Positions 39,549-53,015 of a stretch of 64,000 bases of DNA are shown piece by piece. Both the position numbers and the translations under genes were made by a program. This DNA is from Octopus sinensis (Eukaryota), in the NCBI RefSeq assembly GCF_006345805.1, contig NC_043002.1:100440001-100504000 (forward strand), in the 5' to 3' direction. The notes under the pieces are model-generated. The model was given only the letters and a program-made list of their open reading frames with translations. It had not been told where the DNA came from and searched no databases. Every line of letters begins with the position of its first letter. Position 1 is the stretch's first letter.

Positions 39549-39652
39549 ATTATTTAGCTACGATTATTTACGTTCAGATTTCAATTTCAGCTAGATCGAA
39601 TTTACCCTTTAATATTCTGGATTACTTACAAGTAAAACACCAGTAAAATATT

Positions 39653-40056
39653 CTTTTCTTTTCTACTCTAGGAACAATGCCCACAATTTTGGGGGAAGGG
39701 GACCAGTCGATTAAATCGACCTTAGTACGCAACTGGTACTTACTTTATCGACCCCGAAAGGTTGAAAGGCAAAGTCGACCTCGGCGGAATTTGAACTCAG
39801 AAACTAAAGACAGACAAAATACCTATTTCTTTACTACCGACAAGGGGGTAAACACAGAGAGGACAAACAAGGACAGACAGACGGATTAAGTCGATTACCT
39901 CGACCCCAGTGCGTAACTGGTAATTATTTAATCGATCCCGAAAGGATAAAAGGCAAAGTCGACCTCGGCGGAATTTGAACTCAGAACGTAACGGCAGACG
40001 AAATACGGCTACGCATTTCGCCCGGCGTGCTACCGATTCTGCCAGCTCGCTGCCTT
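39653..40056 (-). mobile_element. Composite SINE B (tail type 2 joined to tail type 1) with a 16-bp TSD
   Basis: Perfect direct repeat acaccagtaaaatatt at 39637-39652 and 40057-40072; internal junction at 39823/39824. Confidence 0.93.
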
Positions 40057-40862
40057 ACACCAGTAAAATATTTAGGCCAAAATCATCGACTATAATCCTT
40101 CCCTGATAATTATTAGTCCTTTTTCCAAGGTTAGAAATAATTATTGCTGCCATTGTAAGGATGCTGGATTGGTAGGATCATGAGAGCCTCGGAGCGAACA
40201 CCTTACGATTTTCTGTTACTGCTCTTTGAGTTCTAAGTTCAAATCCTGTTGAGTTCAGTTTAGCCATTCATTGTCTCTAGGTCGATAATAGCAGTCAGGT
40301 GCTGGGATCAATGGTATCAACTAATAAATTTCATCTACTCACAAATTTCAGGTTTTATGCCGTTGTGAGAAAAAAAATTATCATGTCTGTTCTTTTTCTG
40401 GTTTTCTTTTTTTTTTCTCATGTTTTTAAGTAACTTCTTCCGACCACTTATGGGCAATGTTGCAATATGAAGCAATTTTTCAATAAAAGATCAATGTGAT
40501 CGATACTTTTTCCACAACATTTATGATCATGATGTATAGTGTGTCTCTGATTAGCACGTGACCCTTGTGTTAACGATAATAGCGTCACTATAGTGAAAAA
40601 TATTACTGACACATTAAACAGGTAAATTAGCTACTTAAAGATAAGCACGTGTTGATTGATATGTATTCTTTCTGTTAATTTTGAGTGCGCAGTAATCAAA
40701 ATCGGCCACTGGTCAGAAATTATGACACACTTAAAACTAGCTGCTATTTCTGGCAGATCGAGCAACCACATACTAGCTTCTTTTCTTGCTTCAAGTCAGA
40801 TGACATTTATCCATGGGTATGTACTAAGATTTTTATTCAGTTTAAAGTAAGTGTCTGAAACC

Positions 40863-41093
40863 TATTTCTTTATTACCCATAAGGGGCTAAACACAGAGGG
40901 GACAAACAAGGACAGACATAGGTATTAAGTCGATTACATCGACCCCAGTGCGTAACTAGTACTTAATTTATCGACCCCGAAAGGATGAAAGGCAAAGTCG
41001 ACCTCGGCGGAATTTGAACTCACAACGTAACGCAGACGAAATACCGCTAAGCATTTCGCCCGGCGTGCTAACGTTTCTGCCAGCTCGCCGCCT
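40863..41093 (-). mobile_element. SINE family B (tail type 2), young, 15-bp TSD with one mismatch
   Basis: taagtg(t/a)ctgaaacc at 40848-40862 and 41094-41108. Confidence 0.94.
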
Positions 41094-41361
41094 TAAGTGA
41101 CTGAAACCGTTTAACAATGATGCAACATTTGTCTTCAGTGGATGATTTCAATTCCACCCACTTCGATTATGTAGTCAAAAATGCGTTTTGACGAGAAACT
41201 CCACATACTCGTAGCATTATTAGCGATTGGGTTTGTGCAAGTGAAGATAAATGCATTGAGTAGAGATTATAAAGATCTTAGTCATAAAGGCAGCGTTGTT
41301 TGGTATTGTATTATATCTGACAATCTCAGATTTGATATTAGTTTCAAATTTTGGAAGAAGG

Positions 41362-41735
41362 CCAGTAATTTCGGGGAAAGAAGGAAGTCGATTACATCGA
41401 CCCCAGCGTTCAACTGGTACTTATTTCATCGACCCCGAAAGGATGAAAGGCAAAGCCGACCTCGGCATAGCTTGAACTCAAAATATAAGGTTGGACGAAA
41501 TACCTATTTTTTTATTATCCACGAGGGGCTAAACACAGAAGGGACAAACAAGGACAGACAAACGGATTAAGTCGATTATATCGAACCCAGTGCGTAGCTG
41601 GTACTTATTTAATCGACCTCGAAAGGATGAAAGGCAAAGTCGACCTCGGCTGAACTTGAACTCAGAACGTAAAGACAGACGAAATACCGCTAAGCATTTC
41701 GCCTGGCGCGCAAACGATTCCGCCACCTCACCGCC
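41362..41735 (-). mobile_element. Composite SINE B (type 2 plus type 1)
   Basis: Two B bodies and one head; junction gacgaaatacc|tattt at 41504/41505. Confidence 0.88.
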
Positions 41736-43746
41736 ATATTTCAAGTCTAATATTATAGCTTCAACATAGCACATGTCCTCAAATGACATCGATTTACCTA
41801 ACAAGAAGTGAATAGCCATCAAGGGCGATTAAACTATAGATTTTGTGAAACATTAATAGAGATGTAATGCCTTTCAGAATGATTTTAAAATTGCAAAAAT
41901 GTAAGGAAAAATTCTGCCCCAACATTACTTCAGTGTTTGTTTACTCATGAGGCTTTCTGTAATACTCTTCGTCCATACTGTGTGTGGTTAATTTGCATAA
42001 AGCGAAGAGAAACTGTAAGAGAGAATTTGATGTTAGTCATTGGCTGTTCGTTTCTTATCACTAGGATTGTATTTACTGTCTCTGATCAAGTAACACACAT
42101 AGTTTAGCCCATGCTGCTACAAATTCATAAAATAACAGATCACCAAAACTGCTTGCTGCGTCAAATTAGTCATTGTTTTGTTGGTTAGCAGCGGTTGGTG
42201 TTCAATTAATATTGTCAGTTAAACTTTCAGTCGATAATTAGAACGAAGAGTTTCTCTATTAATTGCCTTGAAATCAAAATGCTTTTTGGTTGGGTAAAGA
42301 CTGTGGTAGCTATTTGACATTAGGGGTGATGATCGGTATGGAATGATCCATCTTACGCTAAACGCGTCAGTTCCTGACCGACAACATTTGTTTGATGTTT
42401 TACTAACCATTAACGTATTGTTCTAACTCGAGCGCATGTCTTCGTGATTTCTCGACGTTGAGGAAATAGCAGCTAAATCTCCCTGAAAAAATACACTACG
42501 ATCCTAAAAGAATAACACATTAAACATTGATATTTGTATTCTGTACAGTTCCTTCCATGGTCACCATTGGAATACTTTTGGTCATAGGCTGACTCGGTAA
42601 CAACTGAACTAAGGTTGATCATCAGCATCAACAAAATGGACAACAATCATAGCAACGAAAATGGCGCATCATTATAGAAACGTTTTTAGCATTAAAAATG
42701 TAAAATAAGTCGAGAGTCAACTTCGCATATATCTGCAGAAGCCGACTTGATCCTGAGGTGCTGTATACTTCATGAAACAGCTTGTGATAGTGAATTATTT
42801 GTTATTTTCCTTTCCACCAATCAACCTAGTTATAATTCCATTTATTGAATAGAAGAAAAAACAACAACCAATTGAGATGACATGTAACCTATACAGCGAT
42901 CTTCTCTGTTAATTAGTTGCCAGAAAAATCTTCAACAATTTTTATATTTTGATTTATACATAAATAGATTTTTAAAAAAATATACGTAATCATTGGCAGG
43001 AAATTATGAAAGAAATATTGCTTGATATTTGTAGCAGTTGGTCGTTCGTTTTACGAGTAGATTATTTCAAAGAATTTCCACTAACCCCAAGAAATAAACG
43101 GCATGTCATTATACAAAAGAGAAATCTTTTCAGACATAAGTTGCGCCAATTTTAAATCGATTAATTTTGTCTGCCTCTATAACACAAAATCATTTCTAAA
43201 AATGATCGAATTTTTCAATTATATTGTGCATGGTGATAGTATATGGTTTTTATTTTTTCACTTTATTCATCTTCACCTAAAATTCTTCATTAGTTTCTTC
43301 AGTTTTCTTCTTCCTCCCTTTCTTTCTCGTCTACTTCTCTTTCTAATTCTCCTTCTTATTCTTCTATAATTTTCAACTTTAAAATATTTATAGCGTAATC
43401 CAAAAATTTCAAGATGAAAATATACCTATTGATTTTTCTACTTTCTTTTCAAATTTAATCTTTATCTTCAAAAGCAAAAGGCGTCAGTCGGAGAAAATTT
43501 CGAAAAACTTCATAATAGGTATTTTAAGTTTGTACACTCAATACAGAAATTGTAAGATTATACGGACAGACACACACGCGTACACGCACGCATACACACA
43601 CACACTGAAACACACACACACACACACACATTTATGTGTCAGTATATATATATATATATAAATAAATTATATATGTATATACTATTGCACACACAAGTAA
43701 ATTTACAAGATATACTTTTATGAATGTATAAACTGTTTTATACATG

Positions 43747-43811
<65 letters not shown>

Positions 43812-43937
43812 TGACATGTATATAACTAAATATAAATATGATTAGATGATGATAACCATATATATGATTTTTATTCATATAATTTGTGTACATATATAAT
43901 TATATATACGCACATGATTTTATGTATATATATATAT

Positions 43938-43968
<31 letters not shown>

Positions 43969-45614
43969 GTTATTCAGATAAGCAGTTTATACTCACGTAC
44001 ATTTCTATGTACAATAGTGTTCATAGGCATATAGTTGTCTTTGAAAATATCTTTTACATAATGAAATTTTGATTAAACTGATTTGGAATCGTCTCTGTTT
44101 TGGCCTGAAGTGTTTGTTATTTCGTTTAATTTTGATGGCAGCTGACTCCATTAGAATATAATCGAAACTGCATGGTGCAATTACATAAATGACAATAACT
44201 TACATCTTCGTTTACATTTTTTTATTGTCTTCTTCTTGATAACGTTCCATTTTAAATAGCATTTCTACCATTAAAAATTCATTCCTGCATGCTCACTTGA
44301 TAATCTCAACGCTATTGGTATTTGCTGCTATCTTAAGATTTTTTCTATTATTATTATTCATTATTCTGGTATGCTAATGAATCCTTATATTTAACGAAGG
44401 TCGTTATATGTTTTATTGTAAGGAAAGGTTACTAAACACGAATATCAATATGCTAATATTTGTTTTCGACACGACCGAGAAAGCAGATATTCTGTGACGA
44501 ATAATAGCATAATATGATGTTTCTACTCCTTTCCTGGAGGCATTGCTTAAATAAGTAAACTGATAGGGTTGCGGCTGGCAATCCAAACTGATTAAAAGCT
44601 ACGTTTTTCTTATGAATTTATTCTTGGCTCTTAGGTGTCTTTTAGCAAATGTACTTAAGAGAATGTACTAATATCCTTCATATATTTGATGAAGAAAAAC
44701 AACAGACTTTGGACTGCAGGAGCTATGTATCAACCTAATCGATTCCAATATATTTCTCGAACTTAATCTACGGTTCTTGATTGAATGAAAAGTAAGATCG
44801 ATCACTCTGGGATTCGACTAAATACCACAAGGCATTTAATCGGATGATGATTTTTTTTTGTCAATTCACCTACTTTTTCCCCATTTTCTTATCTTTTACT
44901 TCTGTTTACTTTTTGTTCCTTTTTCTCTTCTCTTACCTGCCTCATTTTCTTCTTCCTCTTTCCCTTTTTCTATCTTTTACATCTTCATCTATATTTTTTT
45001 TCTCTTTTTACACTTATTTTTCTCCTGACAGTTGCACTGAGATGCGCTGCACCCCACCACTCCAGGATTCTTTATCCCCATTAGCTTTCATAGTTTTTCA
45101 TTCATACGTTGTCTATATCCACCAATAACATCAGTGTAGTAAGTTGAATGCATTAATAAATTATTAATATGTCATACGTATTCATTCCTAATACGTTTCG
45201 GCAGATTCGAATGAAAATATGTTAATCGCTGTTGTATTTTGTCAATGGGTAACAACTTCGTTCAGTTCAATGTGTTCATAATGCACTCGATTTATTAGAG
45301 TAAAGCGACTTTGGGACACTTGTTGTTTCGACATCTTTGGGTCTTCTCAGGCTCTGACTTCTGACTAATGAATCTAACAGGAGTTTTGGCTGTTGTTTAT
45401 ATATTCATCAAAAGAGTTTTTTTTTTTCTGATGACTTTACTGGATGAATAGACAGAATACAGAAAAGCCCAAACATATTCATTTTCACACAGGCATGTGC
45501 CAATTCAATGCTACAGAAAGATACACATGCTCAATATTTCGTGCACTGGAATCGAATCCAAAATGTCGTGCTTACGAAGCAAAATTTCTAACCACTTAGT
45601 CATTGGTTCTCTCT

Positions 45615-45675
<61 letters not shown>

Positions 45676-45681
45676 TCGTCC

Positions 45682-45717
<36 letters not shown>

Positions 45718-45771
45718 TTATAAATATATATATATATACATTTGTATACGCACAAACACACACACACACAC

Positions 45772-45970
45772 ACAGTCATTTCACTGCGGCCATGCTGGGG
45801 CACTGCCTTGAAGAATTTTAGTAGAATGAATCGAACACAGTGCGGACTTTTCTTTTCAATCCTGGTATTTATTCTACCCCACTCTTATTGCCTAACCGCT
45901 AAGTTATAGGGTATGTAAACAACACCAGTTGTCAAGCGACGATGGTGATAAACACCGATAGAAAGACACA
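45772..45970 (-). mobile_element. SINE family A, 3' half; a head fragment lies at ~46558-46637
   Basis: cagtcatttcactgcggccatgctggggcac is the reverse complement of the family A 3' end. Confidence 0.75.
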
Positions 45971-46110
45971 CACATACACATACAACATCGGGAACAATTT
46001 CGTGCAAGGCACTCTGGCAAAGCGCTGCCCCGCTAAGTGGAAAACATATGTGTCGTTGTGGTTTTGTGGATCGAAACAAAGCAGGCCTTATCGTCCACTC
46101 AAGAATCCAT

Positions 46111-46497
46111 CATATGTATGTGTGTGTATATGTGTGTGTGCGCGTGTGTATACATATATATGTATACATATATAAATGCATATCTATGTATATATATACG
46201 TATGTATATATGTATATATATATATGTATGTATGCTTGTATATATGTATGCATGTATATATGTATTTATGTATATATGTATGTATATATGCATATATGTA
46301 TGTATATGTGTGTATACATATATATATGTATGTATGTATATGCGTATATATATATGTATATATATATGTGTGTGTATATGTATGTATACATGCATGTATA
46401 TATGTATGTATATATGCATATATGTGTATATATGAGTATATATATATATGTATATATATATGCGTGTATATGTATGTATGTATATGTGCGTGTACAC

Positions 46498-46549
<52 letters not shown>

Positions 46550-46550
46550 A
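46111..46550. repeat. (TA)/(TG) compound microsatellite
   Basis: Direct reading. Confidence 0.95.
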
Positions 46551-47010
46551 CACATAGAAGCCAAGTCGTGGGACCGACCTCAGAAACTTATGGTTGTGAA
46601 GCCAAATTCTTAACTCCGTAACCGTCACGTTACTCATCTTATCTTACACCCGTTCTTTTCGTTGAAATTCATGAATTTTAGAACATGTTTTATTTTTGTT
46701 TTAATATCTCTGATCATGTATAGTGCAAGAAGCGTTCGTATATAATGCTATAAGAAAAAGTATATTCGTATACGTCTCAATGTCCCAATTATTTCTGAGC
46801 GTCGGACAAAACCCCACAAGGACAAACCCTTCAAAAAAAAAAGGCCTGAGTAAAAAGAAACGCTGGTGACGAAACTTCCTAGGAAAAAACGAAAACAAAT
46901 AATTTTTTTAGTCGCAAGTTTTACTCTTATTATTTGTAGTTTCTGAACACTTCTCTAAGATGTAAACTATTACATTAATGGTATAATATATTGTGCTCAT
47001 TCTGGGATCC

Positions 47011-47346
47011 GGGACCCTCTTCGGTCACGACACTGACCATGGGATTGCACCTAGAAAGTTACCCTCCTAGTCACAAGTCTGGGCATGGTTGTTTATGGAA
47101 GACCAGCAGTCGCCCATGCATACCGTCCTCCCCTCTCCACGCCACCAGTGTTATCCAAGGGAAAGGCAAAGGCCGATACAGCTAGGCACTCGTGACGTCG
47201 CAACTCATTTCTACAGCTGAGTGAACTGGAGCAACGTGAAATAAAGTGTCTTGATCAAGAGCACAACACGCAACCCGGTCCGGGATTCGAGCTCACAACC
47301 TCACGATCGTAAGCTCGACGCTCTAACCACTGAGCCATGCGCCTTC
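47011..47346 (-). mobile_element. SINE family C, full length
   Basis: Minus strand ggcgcatggctcagtggttagagcgtc...gctcgaatcccggacc; colinear with the 18646 copy. Confidence 0.92.
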
Positions 47347-47348
47347 AT

Positions 47349-47450
47349 AATTATATAATTATATAATGAACATAGTTAAAAGAATTATATAATTATATAA
47401 TGAACTTAGTTAAAAGAATTATATAATTATATAATGAACTTAGTTAAAAG
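47349..47450. repeat. Tandem repeat, 34 bp x 3
   Basis: aattatataattatataatgaac(a/t)tagttaaaag three times, directly next to the head of SINE C 47011-47346. Confidence 0.93.
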
Positions 47451-47918
47451 AACATCATGCCATATTTTTGAAAAATTAAAAGAAACACAGCATTGAAAGC
47501 CCCATTAAGTGTTGAGGTTCATTTACAGTTCATTTTGCTACAACCTGGTGCAGTGCCCTACGCCATTCATAAATATCTCTACAGTCTCCCTCTCATTCAC
47601 ATAGTACACAACGGGTGTTTTTCCCTAGTGCGGATTTCTCCAGACCTCATTATATCTTTTCATAATATGTTTCGATCTGTTGCTTTGCCACACCCTTCCC
47701 CAAGACTAATTCATAGTCTTTTTTTTTTTAAACTTTCTTTAGAGATATTAAAGATATTTCAGTTCTAAAAATACGATAATCTTCCTTTGCGAGATTGAAA
47801 AACTATAAAACAAATTATCGAAAGTTATCTATCTGTTAAACGAGTGCAAACAAAGCGTTTTAGTTAAAAGCAAAATCTAGCCATAAATTCACAAAGAATC
47901 ACAACAAAAGTTAATGCC

Positions 47919-47940
47919 ATTATTATTATTATTATTATTA

Positions 47941-48002
<62 letters not shown>

Positions 48003-48024
48003 CTGGTGGTGCTGGTGGTGGTGA
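47919..48024. repeat. (ATT)n-(AGT)n-(GGT)n trinucleotide series
   Basis: Direct reading. Confidence 0.93.
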
Positions 48025-49161
48025 TATTATTTGTATTCTGTTCGCGTTTCCTTACTTTGTGGAATTCTTTCTTTTAAATTTAGATAGTTTGCACAAAATT
48101 TCCAAAACGAAAGCGAAGAATATACAGATATAGAAATATGTGAACATTACTAAGAATGGTCCGCACATAAATTTTCTGAGAATACTTCAAGTTTGATTTA
48201 CTGGAGTCTGACATTTTGTGCATATTTAATGCAAATATGTTTTAAAAAAAGAAAAAGCAAATAGATCAGATAATAGAACAGAGGAAGGAGATAGTATATA
48301 GGTAGAAGGAATTTTAAGATATGCAAAGGGAGACAAACAAATGGTTAGTTGAATATGTATGTAGGTTGGGTTGATATAAGTAGAAGGTAATAAAGAAGGA
48401 TAGATATTAGATAGGACGGACCGAATTTAAATTGAATATATTTTGACGTTTTTCTCTATTTAATATGAGAATTAGTGATAATAGATATTATAGCGAAGGT
48501 ATGTATATTGGCTGGGGAATGGAAAGATTAGACTGTAGCGAGTGTAGGCTTTAAGTAAGAAGTTTAACTGAAGGTGTAGACAGTAATGGCGATAGAGGGA
48601 TACATTAAGATATTCATAGGTAAAACGAATTCGTTTCCTGAAACATCATTTTTTGCAATATATTGAGATTGATTAAATTAACGGTAATCCCTGATTGTTA
48701 AAGTTTGGTATTTTGCCTAATCGAAAGAATTAAATTCGATAGAGATGTAGAGGTGTAGACAGGATGATGTAGGTAAATCGATATTTTGATAAATAAACAA
48801 GAAAATGCCCGCACACACACACGTATAATGGCAACTTCTTGTAGATTGCTTGGATATGGTATACATACGTATAACCTATTGTAGAAACTGAACTGAAAAT
48901 TTCGTTATCTCATTGTGTATCTATTGCTGCCTAACTCTTTACCTAACCTGTGTATCACTCGTCATAAGCAGGACATATTTCTTTGGCATCTGTGTATCAT
49001 ATATGATGCGCATTCCAATTTTTTTCAAGCGACTAAGTAATGTGGTTCTGTTGAAAGGAAAACTATATATATAATAGTGAGCATACGAAACAAGGGCAAA
49101 CTAAAAGTCTGTAAATAAGCATTGTTGTTTAAGACGAAAATATGAAAATACTTTGAACATA

Positions 49162-49324
49162 GACGCAGGAGTGGCTGTGTGGTAAGTAGCTTGCTTGCCA
49201 ACCACATGGTTCCGGGTTCAGTACCACTGCGTGGCACCTTGGGCAAGTGTCTTCTACAATAGCTTCGGGCCGACTAAAGCCTTGTGAATGGATTTGGTAG
49301 ACGGAAACAGAAAAGAAGCCCGTC

Positions 49325-49386
<62 letters not shown>

Positions 49387-49610
49387 TGTGTGTGTGTGTG
49401 TGTGTGCGTGTTTGTGTATATGTCCAACATCACTTGACAACTGGTGCTGATGTGTTTACGTCCCCGTAACTTAGTGGTTCGGCAAAAAAAGACGGATAGA
49501 ATAAATACTAGGCTTACAAAGAATAAGTCCTGGGGTCGATGTGCTCGACTAAGGGTGGTGCTCCAGCATGGCCGCAGTCAAAATGACTGAAACAAGTAAA
49601 ACACAAGTAA
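49162..49610 (+). mobile_element. tRNA-derived SINE family A, full length, with internal (TA)/(TG) tract
   Basis: A-box-like tggctgtgtgg, B-box-like ggttcagtacc, a ccttgggcaagtgtctt central block, and a 3' end ctccagcatggccgcagtca..gactgaaacaagtaaaa. Confidence 0.9.
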
Positions 49611-50144
49611 CAATTCCTACGAATCAATGTAATTAACATCTAAATGTATTTTTTTCTATCCATTTGTTAAATTCTATACGGGAATGTTGCACGACAGCTC
49701 CTAAGAATTGGTATATTCCATTTCCAGGAATATACTTTATTCTGTTTTGTTTCGCTCCTGCCAATATAATGTAATTGCAATTGGCTTCGTATTTCTTGTC
49801 CAACTTTCTGCAAGTTTATCATCCAATTCTTTTTAATCAATCTGCTTAACCATTTTCTTCTAATCTGTTCTCTTCTTAAGTGTTGATCTTACATTATATG
49901 AAAATATCGGTCGCTCGCTTGCAGTTTTGCTTTTCCTTTATTCTCTTTTTTATTTATTTATTTATTTATTTATTATCATTTTTTTTGTCATCAGTCAGTG
50001 TGAGATAGAACTCTTTGATGTACAAGAGAAGTCGTTTTTGCAACTGACTGCAAAGTGACTGCCTCTTTCTCTCCCACCGTTTAACCTTTTTTTTTCTCTG
50101 TTATTCTCTTTCTCCTTCCCATCGTTTTCTCTCTCTTTCTCTCG

Positions 50145-50176
<32 letters not shown>

Positions 50177-50606
50177 GCCTATCTTTCTCTTGCTCGCTCA
50201 TTCGCTCTTTCACTTTCTCAATCATTACCGCCAAATCAAATATCAAACGGAGATGCCCGTGGACCACATCATTTTCTCTTTCTTCCAATTATTTCACAAA
50301 TTGTTGAGTTTACGGCTTACTTTTCTAAAGAGAAAACTATAATTTTCATGCCATAAAGATTCGTCGAACTATCTTGTCGAAACCCTATTGGTCCATCGAG
50401 TTACTTGCCCTTTCTCATTTATTTCTTAAGCAGTCTTGACAAATTAGATAAGGAAGAGAGATTAAAAAAAAAAACAGAAAGCAAATACAATAAAACATTT
50501 ATGGGAAATTAACAAGCATAAAAGGAAACAGACGTGACGAATATAGTTGCCACATGGCAAAAACAAGATAAGAAAAATGCTTATGCGTTGCGTGCAGTGT
50601 TGTTGT

Positions 50607-50728
50607 AATATATATATATATATATATATACTATATATATATATATATATATATTATAATATATATATATATATATATATATCATATATATATATATACA
50701 TATATATATACATATATATATATATATC

Positions 50729-50762
<34 letters not shown>

Positions 50763-50904
50763 TATATATATTATATATATATATATATATATGGTATATA
50801 TATATATATACACATATATATATATGTATATATATATATGTATACACATATATATATATATATATAGTATATATATATATTATACATATAATATATATAT
50901 ATAT

Positions 50905-50947
<43 letters not shown>

Positions 50948-51017
50948 CATATATATAATATAATATATATATATATTATATAATATATTATATACATTAT
51001 GTGCTACAGAATCACTA

Positions 51018-51050
<33 letters not shown>

Positions 51051-51060
51051 TGCATGTATG
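50607..51060. repeat. (TA)-rich microsatellite
   Basis: Direct reading. Confidence 0.95.
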
Positions 51061-51360
51061 TGCTTGTGAGAGGACATGCAACACGTTTATTTATATTCAG
51101 TCGTGGGAAGACTTCTCGGTATGGAAACATTCTCTGTGGAAATCGCTACTGGCAACATATGTGAAAGATTAGTCTATGAGTGACGTCATTGTATTGTGCG
51201 ATGCATGCGTTTCTGCGTTGTAGAAAGTCAACTGCCATGAAAACTGATGCACACACACAAGGATATGTGTTTTTATAAGCATTTTACAATATACACATTC
51301 ATATACCATTGTAACAGAATTAAAATATGAAAACATAACTGTAAACATATGACAGTATAT

Positions 51361-51764
51361 TATTTTCTACTCTAGGCACAAGGCCCGAAATTTTTAGGAA
51401 GGGGGCCAGTCGACTAGATCGACCCCAGTACACAATTGTTACTTAATTTATCGGCCCCGAAAGGAAGAAAGGCAAAATCGACCTCGGTGGAATTTGAACT
51501 CAGAACGTTAAGACAGACGAAATGCCGCTAAGCATTTCGCTCGGCGTGTTAAAGTTTCTTGTTTCTTTATTGCCCGCAAGGGGACAAACAAGGACAGGCA
51601 AAGGGATTAAGTCGATTACATCGACCTCAGTACGTATCTGGTACTTAATTTATCGACCCTGAAAGAATAAATGGCAAAGTCGACTTCGGCGGAATTTGAA
51701 CCCAGAACGTAATACTGCTCGGCATTTCGCCCGGCGTGCTACGTTTCTGCCAGCTCGCCGCCTT
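51361..51764 (-). mobile_element. Composite SINE B (type 2 plus type 1)
   Basis: Two B bodies; junction near 51560/51561; the second unit lacks the first ~16 nt of the head. Confidence 0.88.
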
Positions 51765-52749
51765 ATATAACACTATATTGGTATATCTGTAGTTATATAA
51801 AATGTTCTTTGCACTGTGCACAGCGCGATCAGGTACTTATATTTTGCATATTTATTCTTAATACGTCTAGGAAGGTTCATATGCAAAATATGCTAGTTGT
51901 TATAGCGTACGCCAAAGGATAAAGCTTCTTTCTTTTATGGCGATAGTATTATACATATTCGACTCATTAGCGCACAGGATTCTGGGACACCGGTGCTTCG
52001 ACTTGTTGTCTCTCATAAGGTAGATGTACCCTGAAATTTTTTCTGACATACTTATTCAAAGTCGTTATTGATTAATAAACTCTTCAATGCGTATACTTAC
52101 TGTTTTACTTATCTAAGCTTTACTTATTTAATTTTCCTTTAATTCATGTAACATTTCTCCCATTCATTCATATGACCTATATTCTTTCACTTTATAGAAT
52201 AAAGTTCTCATTTTGTGTTTGATAATTAGGGACACCATATGATTGGCTATAGTTTACATGGCGGTATACTGATATGCCAGCATCGCCAATGTCCAATGGC
52301 TCAAAAAAGCAACATAATTTTAATGTCTAATTCCATCTTAATGTAACTCATATATGGTCGCGTGGGTTAGAGTTGACTATGAATCTCTACATGTATGTGC
52401 TGGTGTGGACAAGGATGTTTTTCAGAAAGATTGGCTGCCATGCATACAAACCTCCCTTTTCCATGCCACTGGGTTTTTTCCAAAGGGAAGACTGACACAT
52501 ATTCAGGTCATTACAGTGTATGTGTTAATGGAGTAGTTGCTCTCAGAATGGAAACTGCTGGAACAGGTATTGCAAGGCATCTTATCCGATGTTCTAACAG
52601 TCCCGCTAATCCACTGCTCTAAATTGGTACTTCTTTGCCGATCTCAAAAATATGAAGGCGATATGCTACCCAAAATTGTGATGCCTCTGCCAATTTCACG
52701 TGGTTTTGAGATTAGTCCCATTCCACGGCACCTTGGAGATTTGTCTTCA

Positions 52750-53015
52750 ATTATACCCCCGAACAGACCAATGCCTTGTAAGTGAATTTGACAAACGAGA
52801 AACCATGTGAAAGTCTGTAGTATACGTATATGTATGACAATCGTCGTTGGTTTGTTTACTTTCCTATAACCTAGCATTTCAACCAACGAGGTCAATAGAA
52901 CAAGCATCAAGCTTGAAAAATACTTACTGGGTTCGATTTTTTCGACTAAACACTTCAACTCGGTTCCCCAGTATATCCGCTGTTTCCAATTGAAACATGC
53001 AAAAGATAAATTATG
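52750..53015 (+). mobile_element. SINE family A, very degenerate
   Basis: gaccaatgccttgtaagtgaatttg and gggttcgattttttcgactaa blocks. Confidence 0.55.

Noticed and set aside
41284-41365. KGSVVWY peptide resembling the expected start of the next BAIAP3 exon
   Set aside because: There is no suitable phase-0 acceptor, and the downstream residues do not match the homolog.
45032-45138. Exon-like segment after a long pyrimidine tract with a GTAAGT donor
   Set aside because: All three frames contain stops, and the pyrimidine tract is a decayed (CT) repeat.
46037-46637. Long ORFs of YIYI/THTH/VCVC type here and at most other track positions (e.g. 19449-20029, 27096-27519, 50547-50997)
   Set aside because: They are translations of di- and tetranucleotide microsatellites that lack stop codons by composition.
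47270-47346. tRNA-like head with A and B boxes (also at 18646)
   Set aside because: It continues into a shared SINE body and lacks a proper acceptor and anticodon stem, so it is a SINE head rather than a tRNA gene.
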